64,000 nucleotides of DNA from Anaerolineae bacterium. Its GTDB lineage: Bacteria > Chloroflexota > Anaerolineae > S140-20. Each line of letters opens with the position of its first letter. Position 1 is the first letter of the stretch. Of this stretch, positions 57,501 through 64,000 are shown piece after piece. A program made the position numbers and the translations under genes. The notes under the pieces are model-generated. The model searched no databases and was not told the origin of the DNA. It was given only the letters and a program-made list of their open reading frames with translations. The stretch is taken from positions 1 through 64,000 of the forward strand of contig JALUTT010000073.1 of NCBI GenBank assembly GCA_027021705.1, given 5' to 3'.

Positions 57501-57881
57501 ATGAAGGTGAGCCACTGGCTGGCATTGATGGGCCTGGCCTTCGCCCTGGCCCTGGGGGTAGTGGCGGGGATGCGGATGGAGCAGGAGGCACTGACGGTGA
57601 TGATGGGGGTGGGGTGCGGGGTGGGGGCGGGGATCCCCACAGGATTGCTGGTGTGGATGGTCGCGCGAGGGCGGGAACGGCGGGGGGAGCGGGCTACCTT
57701 TCCGGCGGCTCCGGCGTCGCCGCCGGTGGTGGTGATCGCGCCGCCGGGGGGACAGCCACGGCAGTCCCGGACAAACTGGTCCGATGGCTATCCGGCGGCC
57801 TACCCGGAGACGCCGTCCTCAGCCCCTCGCCAATTCCTGGTCATCGGTGAGGACGAGGAGGTGGAGCCATGGGTGCGTTGA
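57501..57881 (+). CDS. Two-TM protein with Pro-rich tail
   Basis: RBS GAGGAGG; two hydrophobic segments, PPVVVI, RQFLVIGE. Confidence 0.75.
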   Translation: MKVSHWLALMGLAFALALGVVAGMRMEQEALTVMMGVGCGVGAGIPTGLLVWMVARGRERRGERATFPAAPASPPVVVIAPPGGQPRQSRTNWSDGYPAAYPETPSSAPRQFLVIGEDEEVEPWVR

Positions 57882-58123
57882 TCCGTGTCGGATGGATGTG
57901 GGTGGACAACCGCCGGGATCAGAACTTGCAGGAGAAGGTGCTGGCTGGCGCCCAGCGCTACCGGAGCAAGTTCGGACGGTCTCCCAATATTTGTTATGTC
58001 AATGCCTCGCTCCTCAACCAACCGGAGGTTGAGTGTCAGGGCGTGCGGATCATTGGAGCTTCCAACATCCCTCGCCATCACTTCTGGATGGGCGTAGTGG
58101 AAGAAGAGTCTGTGGCTCATTGA
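57869..58123 (+). CDS. Small hypothetical protein
   Basis: RBS GGAGGTGGAG; overlaps the preceding stop; protein-like sequence. Confidence 0.7.
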   Translation: MGALIRVGWMWVDNRRDQNLQEKVLAGAQRYRSKFGRSPNICYVNASLLNQPEVECQGVRIIGASNIPRHHFWMGVVEEESVAH

Positions 58124-58155
58124 TGCTGCTGGGAACCCAGGGAGGAGGGTGAGAC

Positions 58156-58770
58156 GTGCCCAAAACCGACTTTAAGAGGGAGATGAAGCACCTTTACAGG
58201 GCCTCGGCAAGGCGGGTCTCCGTTGTCGAGGTGCCCCCCTTGAACTTCCTAATGATAGATGGCCGTGGTGATCCCAACACCTCGCCCGAATATGCCGAGG
58301 CCATCGAAGCCCTATACGCCGTCGCCTATGCGCTCAAGTTCAGGGTCAAGCGGGGCCGAGGCGTTGATTACGTCGTGATGCCCCTGGAGGGGCTCTGGTG
58401 GACCGATGATCCGGCCCACTTCGATATGGACAACCGAGAGATGTGGAACTGGACGGCGATGATTATGCAGCCGGAGTACGTGACCGAGGAGATGTATGAG
58501 GAGGTGGTGGCGGAAGTGAGGAAGAAGAAGGCCCTCGGAGCCTTGGACAGGATGCGGCTGGAGACCTACCACGAGGGGTTGTCCGTGCAGGTCCTGCACG
58601 TAGGCCCCTACGCGGCTGAGGGTCCGACCATCGCCCGGCTGCACGCCTACATCCGAGAGCAGGGCTATCGGCCCAGCGGGAAGCACCACGAAATCTACCT
58701 GAGCGATCCCCGGAGGACGGCACCGGAGAGGCTGAAGACGATCCTCCGGCAGCCCGTCCAGGTGGGGTGA
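58156..58770 (+). CDS. GyrI-like small-molecule-binding domain protein
   Basis: DG.GDPN, PLEGLWW, HVGPY..E..TI, HHEIYLSDPRR, KTILRQP. Confidence 0.88.
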   Translation: MPKTDFKREMKHLYRASARRVSVVEVPPLNFLMIDGRGDPNTSPEYAEAIEALYAVAYALKFRVKRGRGVDYVVMPLEGLWWTDDPAHFDMDNREMWNWTAMIMQPEYVTEEMYEEVVAEVRKKKALGALDRMRLETYHEGLSVQVLHVGPYAAEGPTIARLHAYIREQGYRPSGKHHEIYLSDPRRTAPERLKTILRQPVQVG

Positions 58771-58800
58771 GGGAGTCCACCTGCTTTCGCGATCGGGTCC

Positions 58801-59463
58801 TCACCCTAGCAGGTTCAGGACGAGGACGGAGAGGGCCGGCACTGTCAGGTTGTCCACCCCCCAGGGGGACAGGGCTTCGGTGATGGTGGCGACCAGGGCG
58901 GTCACCGCCGCTGCCCCTAGCGCCGCGCCCGCGGAGAGGGTCGAGGCGGGAAGCCCCCAGAGGGGCAGGAAGGTGGCTACCAAGCTGGCCAGGAACATCG
59001 TCAGGGAGCCCTCCAGCGTGCGCCGGCGGCCCAGGACGGTGTAGACCCGCTGCCCCCTCCGCTGACCGACGACGGCGGCCAGGGCATCTCCCCAGGTCAT
59101 CGGCATCAGCGAGGCCACCAGCAGGTGGGGCTGCTCCCACAGCAGCCAGATCACCGCAGCAAAGGAGAGGGGGAAGTAGATCGTCCCCAGTTGCCCCCGC
59201 TCCCCCGTCTCCATCGCCTTGAAGGTTTGCTGACGGTAGGAGATGGCGTTGATGACGACGAAGGAGAGGGGCGGGATGATGGCCCAGGCCCGGTCGGCGA
59301 AGAGCCAGACGGTGCCGTAGGCCCACATCCCCACACCGATGTGGATGAACTTGCGGGTGAAGTCGGTGGAGTAACCCCGGGCGCGCCGCAGTAACTCACC
59401 CAGGCCGATGATCCCGAAGACGTAGACGTAGGAGAGGATCAGCGCCAGCAGGTTTTGGTTCAT
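58801..59463 (-). CDS. Dolichol/phytol kinase-like membrane protein (CTP-transferase family)
   Basis: TRKFIHIG, WGDALAAVVG, TLEGSL, DNLTVP. Confidence 0.88.
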   Translation of the reverse strand: MNQNLLALILSYVYVFGIIGLGELLRRARGYSTDFTRKFIHIGVGMWAYGTVWLFADRAWAIIPPLSFVVINAISYRQQTFKAMETGERGQLGTIYFPLSFAAVIWLLWEQPHLLVASLMPMTWGDALAAVVGQRRGQRVYTVLGRRRTLEGSLTMFLASLVATFLPLWGLPASTLSAGAALGAAAVTALVATITEALSPWGVDNLTVPALSVLVLNLLG

Positions 59464-59474
59464 TGGGCCTCCCC

Positions 59475-60425
59475 TTAGATGACCAGCTGGTCATAAAGTT
59501 TCTCTAGGCTCAGTTCCGGGTAGACCGTCTCGCGGCACTGGAGGGTGAGGGCGGCGGCCGAGACACCCAGGCGGACGGCCTCGCCCACGGGGAACCCCTC
59601 CATCAGCCCGAAGATGACAGCCGCGGTCAACGCATCCCCGGCTCCTGTGAAATCCACGACCTCGATGTCCAGGGCAGGGATGTGGCCGCTCTCGTCGGAG
59701 GTGGCATAGCAGAGCCCCCGTTCCGCCATCGTGATGATGGCTAGGTCCACGCCCATAGCGACCAGCCGTTGGGCGGCAGCGATGGCGTCGTCCCGGCCCT
59801 GGATGGGACGGTCCTGGAGCAGGGCTTCGGCTTCGGTGACGTTGGGGGTGAGGATGAAGAGTCGGTCCAAGTAAGGGTGCAGGCGGGGGGCCAGCCCCAC
59901 GGCCGTTGGGTCGGCGCAGACGGGCCGTTGGTACTGCTCCGCCAGGCGGAAGAGGGTCTTCAGCGCGGCGGGTGTCAGGTTGGCATCCACCACCACCAGG
60001 CTGGCGTCCCGGAAGAGACGGCGGTGGTCGTACAGGTAGCGGGGGGTCAGTTGCTGGAGGATGGCCATATCGTCAATGGAGAGGACGGGCAGCCCCCGCT
60101 CGTCCAGGACGGCCAGGTAAGCCCCGGTGCGGGCATCGGGGGCGATGAGGACGTGGGAGGTGTCCACACCGCTCTGAGCAGCCTGGTTGATCAGTCGGCG
60201 GCCGGCCTCGTCATCGCCCACTGCTGAGAGGAGCACCGTGGAGACGCCCAGCCGGGCCAGGTTCTCGGCGATGTTGCGCCCCACCCCACCGACGCTGGTG
60301 CGGATGCGCCCCTGGTTGGAGGTACCGGACTGGAGGGGGCCGGCGGCGTAGCCCTTGATGTCCAGAGCGGCCGCGCCGACCACCAGGACGTGTCCATCCC
60401 GATCCAGCATCTCTGCGCTCTGCAT
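59475..60425 (-). CDS. PfkB-family carbohydrate kinase (pseudouridine-kinase-like)
   Basis: GGVGRNIAENLARLG, VGDD, DAN, VDFTGAGD; start uncertain (60425 or 60410). Confidence 0.9.
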   Translation of the reverse strand: MQSAEMLDRDGHVLVVGAAALDIKGYAAGPLQSGTSNQGRIRTSVGGVGRNIAENLARLGVSTVLLSAVGDDEAGRRLINQAAQSGVDTSHVLIAPDARTGAYLAVLDERGLPVLSIDDMAILQQLTPRYLYDHRRLFRDASLVVVDANLTPAALKTLFRLAEQYQRPVCADPTAVGLAPRLHPYLDRLFILTPNVTEAEALLQDRPIQGRDDAIAAAQRLVAMGVDLAIITMAERGLCYATSDESGHIPALDIEVVDFTGAGDALTAAVIFGLMEGFPVGEAVRLGVSAAALTLQCRETVYPELSLEKLYDQLVI

Positions 60426-60622
60426 CCTCTTCTCCTTGCGGATGAGCCAATGATCCTTGGCTTGGTTGGCGGTGCCATTGAGCCGGCACAATATCAAGGA
60501 CTTCGGCGATCTAGTTCCGTTTAGAACGGAAAAGCCCCAGGTGCTTTCGTGCTAGCATACTTCTTGAGAAGGTGTTGAGAACAGGGTAAGACAGCATCTG
60601 TTGTCGGATCGGGAGGTAAAAG

Positions 60623-60943
60623 GTGAACGTTCCCGTTATTGAGAAAGAAGAGGTTAGGAACCTACTTCTAGCCATTGAAGGGGCTGCCCGGCGTCTAAGC
60701 GAGATCGCCCCTACCTCACCAGAAGTTGCGTTCTATCTGGAGGGGTTCCGCGCCGCATTGATGCTGGTCGCTGTAGGTTTGGGGATTCCCCTGGACTTTC
60801 CCCAGCCTGCTCCTATGTCAGAGCGTCTCTGGCAGGAGGTGGTCACCGTCCTTACTCCACCGGATGGGGGGAAGACAGTCCGGTTTAAGGAGGGCACATC
60901 TCCTTCTCGAGCCGAGGAGCTCCATAGCAAGGGCGGGGAATGA
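60623..60943 (+). CDS. Hypothetical protein
   Basis: RBS GGAGGT before GTG; fills the intergenic gap. Confidence 0.65.
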   Translation: MNVPVIEKEEVRNLLLAIEGAARRLSEIAPTSPEVAFYLEGFRAALMLVAVGLGIPLDFPQPAPMSERLWQEVVTVLTPPDGGKTVRFKEGTSPSRAEELHSKGGE

Positions 60944-60988
60944 TGCAGCTCTGTGCGCTGGGTGCAATTTGTCAAGCCGTCTGTCGGG

Positions 60989-62080
60989 TCAGCCTTGTCC
61001 CTCTAAGGCAAGATGGATGTGCTTTAAAGTCTCCACAGGGAGGTAAATCTTCGTGGCCGGGTCCTTGGCAATCGCCTCCAGGATCTCCAGAGCCCGGATG
61101 CGCACGATATTGTCCATAGCCTCTTCTCCGGCTCGCCCTTGCGCCTGCAGCAATCGGGCTATGGCGAGAGTGTTCTCCTGCCATGCCCTAGCCTGCCATT
61201 GAGCAGCCCAGGCTTCAACGTAGCGCCGCACCGCTGCATCCGGTATCTCCAGCGTTCCGAAAGAGACAAAGAGCACTTCCACTCCTAGTGGGCGGACAGT
61301 CCTGTAGACCTGTGCTCTCAGTTCCTTCATAAAACGTGGGCGCGGGGGGGTTCCCTGGCGAGATGGATCGTAAAGCTCGTCAAGGGTGTGTTGGGCGATC
61401 AATTCTCGTACAGTTCCCTGGACAATCTTGATCACTCGTTCATGCCAAGGGGAGGGGCCAGCGTCGGTCACGCTCTTGCTGTAGACTGCCTGCAAGACAG
61501 CCCGCCTAGAAAAGGGGTAAAGTCCTTCGTCCGTTGGGTTCCTGCCCCCCCGGGCGATGCGGAATCCCACGGCACAATCTACTTTCACTGGGATGCCGTC
61601 CCGTGTCGTCGCTTTTACCTTGTCGGTGCGAACCTGCTGCCGCAGGTCCACCGCCTCGATGATCTGCTCCCCAGGAGCCAGGAAGTGAGAGCCCGGCCCT
61701 CGGACGTTGGGCTTCCCCCCCTTCTCCGTGACCACGGCGGTGTCGGCGGCGACTTTCATTATGCCTGGTCCTCCCATCTTGAGCATCGGCTTGTCCTTGG
61801 CCGGCTGGGGAAGCTTTCCCTCCTTTATGGATAAGGTGGCGAACTGGATGTTGTAAAGGAAGGAGAGCAGGGCTCGAAACGCATAGGTCCGCTTGGGCAG
61901 ATCAAAGGCGTGGTAGATGAACTGGGAGCACCAGAAGACCGTGCCCAGCCAGACGACCGGCACCAGGATACCTCCTATCAATCCGTCCGTCTTCGCCCCA
62001 AGCAACGTTAGGCCCACCAGCGTTGAAACAAGGAAGAGATACCCAGGTCCTTCCAGGAGAGTGCGTATGATCTTGAACAT
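60989..62080 (-). CDS. SPFH/band-7 domain membrane protein
   Basis: Two N-terminal TMs; VDLRQQ...TRDGIPV.V...V.FRI, GVEVL.V, coiled-coil tail. Confidence 0.8.
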   Translation of the reverse strand: MFKIIRTLLEGPGYLFLVSTLVGLTLLGAKTDGLIGGILVPVVWLGTVFWCSQFIYHAFDLPKRTYAFRALLSFLYNIQFATLSIKEGKLPQPAKDKPMLKMGGPGIMKVAADTAVVTEKGGKPNVRGPGSHFLAPGEQIIEAVDLRQQVRTDKVKATTRDGIPVKVDCAVGFRIARGGRNPTDEGLYPFSRRAVLQAVYSKSVTDAGPSPWHERVIKIVQGTVRELIAQHTLDELYDPSRQGTPPRPRFMKELRAQVYRTVRPLGVEVLFVSFGTLEIPDAAVRRYVEAWAAQWQARAWQENTLAIARLLQAQGRAGEEAMDNIVRIRALEILEAIAKDPATKIYLPVETLKHIHLALEGQG

Positions 62081-62157
62081 TACCTCACCCCCTCTCGTGC
62101 GTCCCGAATAGGCCCTCTGGTTGAAAGAAGCTGGCTATATATTACCACTGAATGCGT

Positions 62158-62191
62158 CAAAAGAAAAGCCGCCCCTCCCGGAAGGGGCGGC
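62158..62191 (-). terminator. Intrinsic terminator
   Basis: Minus strand GCCGCCCCT-TCCGGG-AGGGGCGGC-TTTTCTTTT. Confidence 0.75.
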
Positions 62192-62288
62192 CCATCTGGC
62201 GGCGACGTGAAGGGATCGTTGTCCTGTTGGCAATCCCGACTGACCATCCCCGCTCTGGTGACCTCCGTGGTTTGCCCTTCTGGCTTGT

Positions 62289-62492
62289 CTAGAGGACCAG
62301 CACGAGGGTCAGGGCGACGACCAGAACGGTCAGTGCCAGGATACCCAGAACCCCTGGTTCTCCACCCGCTTCGGCCATCCTCTCATCGGCATCGGCGACG
62401 AAGGCGTCAAAGCACGCTGACGGGATGAATCGAGGCAGGGTGACTGACAGGATCGTTAGAATCCCCGCGAGAATCCACACGGACCCAGCCAT
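62289..62492 (-). CDS. Small two-TM protein (67 aa)
   Basis: SD AAGGAGGT before ATG; two hydrophobic segments; downstream terminator. Confidence 0.65.
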   Translation of the reverse strand: MAGSVWILAGILTILSVTLPRFIPSACFDAFVADADERMAEAGGEPGVLGILALTVLVVALTLVLVL

Positions 62493-62807
62493 TCTTGACC
62501 TCCTTAGCCTACACGACCTACACGCGATTCTACCTGTTCAGTCAACCTATGGAAGCCTCATCTCCTCTAGGGATGATTCTAACTCAATCGCTGTCCACAA
62601 GATATGAGCCGAATCATCCCAATCTCTTGATCTCCTTCACTATTTTAACAGAAGCTTTGAAGACAGTCCTGGCATTTCGTAGGCATCTGTCTGCCAGAAG
62701 CCTGGCATCCCTGGCATCCCAGGTCATCGGACCGACGCCGGATAGGACCGGGGCTGGGCAGAGAGGTGCTTTCTGGGTATAATGGTCGGGTCAATGGGGG
62801 AGAGGAG

Positions 62808-63680
62808 ATGGAGTCCTGGCTGACCTATCATCGGATCTTCTTCGATTGTGATAGTACGCTGACGGCGATCGAAGGCATTGATGAACTGGCCCGGATGCAG
62901 GGCAAAGAGGCCGAGATCGCAGCCCTCACCCAGCAGGCGATGGAGGGGAAGATCGCCCTGGAGACGGTCTACGCCCGCCGGCTGCGGCTCCTCCGCCCCA
63001 CCCGAGGCCAGCTCCGGGAGGTGGCTGCCCTCTACAAGCGCCATCTGGTGGCCGATGCAGAAGCCACTGTCGCAGCGCTCCGGTTCCTGGGATTGCAGCC
63101 CTGCATCGTCAGTGGTGGGTTGATCGAGGCGGTGGTTGCCCTGGGCCGACACCTGGGCATCCCATCGGCCTGTGTCCGGGCGGTGGAGATCGAGTACGAC
63201 CAATTGGCCGGCCGCTGGTGGGCCCCCTACCTCCATCCGGGTGGGGTGAACCTCGATGAACGGTATCTGGACCACCGAGAGGGCCCGCTGACGAAGACGG
63301 AGGGCAAGTCAGAGGTGGTTCGCCGGATGGCTCGACCTTGGGAACGGACGATGTTGATAGGCGATGGAGTGTCGGACCTGGCCGCCCGCTCCGCCGTGGA
63401 CCTCTTCGTGGGATTCGGCGGGGTTGTCCGACGAGAACGGGTTGCTGCCGAAGCGGCAATCTACATCACCGCTCCCAGCCTGGCCCCTGTGCTGCCCCTG
63501 GCTGCCGGCCCTCGGGGCTACCTCCGCTGTCGGAATACGCCACACCAGGAGGTCTTCGAGCGGGGGCTGGCGATCATCCGGGACGGAGGGGTGATCTTCA
63601 ACGAGACCCGGTACCGCCGTCGGTTCGCGAGGGCCTACGCGGACGTGCTGGGGGAGAGAACACTGCGGGAGCGGCCGTGA
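62808..63680 (+). CDS. HAD-IB family hydrolase (phosphoserine-phosphatase-like)
   Basis: FFDCDSTL..EGIDELA, IVSGG, MLIGDGVSD, GFGG. Confidence 0.88.
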   Translation: MESWLTYHRIFFDCDSTLTAIEGIDELARMQGKEAEIAALTQQAMEGKIALETVYARRLRLLRPTRGQLREVAALYKRHLVADAEATVAALRFLGLQPCIVSGGLIEAVVALGRHLGIPSACVRAVEIEYDQLAGRWWAPYLHPGGVNLDERYLDHREGPLTKTEGKSEVVRRMARPWERTMLIGDGVSDLAARSAVDLFVGFGGVVRRERVAAEAAIYITAPSLAPVLPLAAGPRGYLRCRNTPHQEVFERGLAIIRDGGVIFNETRYRRRFARAYADVLGERTLRERP

Positions 63681-63710
63681 GCCGCCCAAGGAATTCGGCA
63701 GGAGGATGCG

Positions 63711-64000
63711 ATGGCGGATGGGGTGTTGCGGGTGCGTCCGGGCCGACCGCTGGTAGGGCAACTCACCCCACCGGGGGACAAGTCCATCTCCCACCGGGCG
63801 GTGATGCTGGCCTCTCTGGCCTCCGGCGAGAGTCGGATCCGAGGATGGCTGGACGCCGGCGACACCCGGGCGACGCTGGAGGCGCTGGAAGCGATGGGCG
63901 TTCCCATCGCCGTGATCCGGCGTGCGGCCGGCGCGGCCGACCTGACGGTGCAGGGGGTGGGGTTGCGGGGATTGCACCCCCCTGCACGGCCCCTTCACTG
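63711..64000 (+). CDS. aroA: 3-phosphoshikimate 1-carboxyvinyltransferase, 5' part (runs off the window)
   Basis: Manual translation MADGVLRVRPGRPLVGQLTPPGDKSISHRAVMLASLA; RBS GGAGGA. Confidence 0.92.
   Translation, partial: MADGVLRVRPGRPLVGQLTPPGDKSISHRAVMLASLASGESRIRGWLDAGDTRATLEALEAMGVPIAVIRRAAGAADLTVQGVGLRGLHPPARPLH

Overview
High-GC bacterial chromosome segment; gene content, the GAAC-N4-GTTC LexA-type box and the protein families point to a Chloroflexota (Anaerolineae-like) host, which is an inference. It contains housekeeping genes (thrS with a T-box leader, purA, purB, moaA, pepA, trxA, ogt, yggS, start of aroA), a surface-glycan locus (glycosyltransferases, three methyltransferases, flippase, AlkP-family enzyme) followed by an S-layer-like protein, two priming sugar transferases, two toxin-antitoxin modules (fused MNT-HEPN; Phd-PIN), two Uma2 nucleases, a two-component system and a 1889-aa trypsin-STAND-repeat protein. 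The most striking signals are non-coding. (i) A 155-bp MITE with IS50/Tn5-like ends is present four times, and every copy ends 11-13 nt upstream of the -35 hexamer of a sigma70-type promoter. (ii) A 122-bp MITE with 8-bp target duplications is present four times, carries a solitary CRISPR-repeat-like 38-mer, and is always co-oriented with local transcription. (iii) A LexA box lies in the promoter of a minimal FtsK-domain operon. (iv) purB appears to start at an ATC codon. No CRISPR array, cas gene, transposase, tRNA or rRNA was seen. All calls are by eye; no database searches were run.
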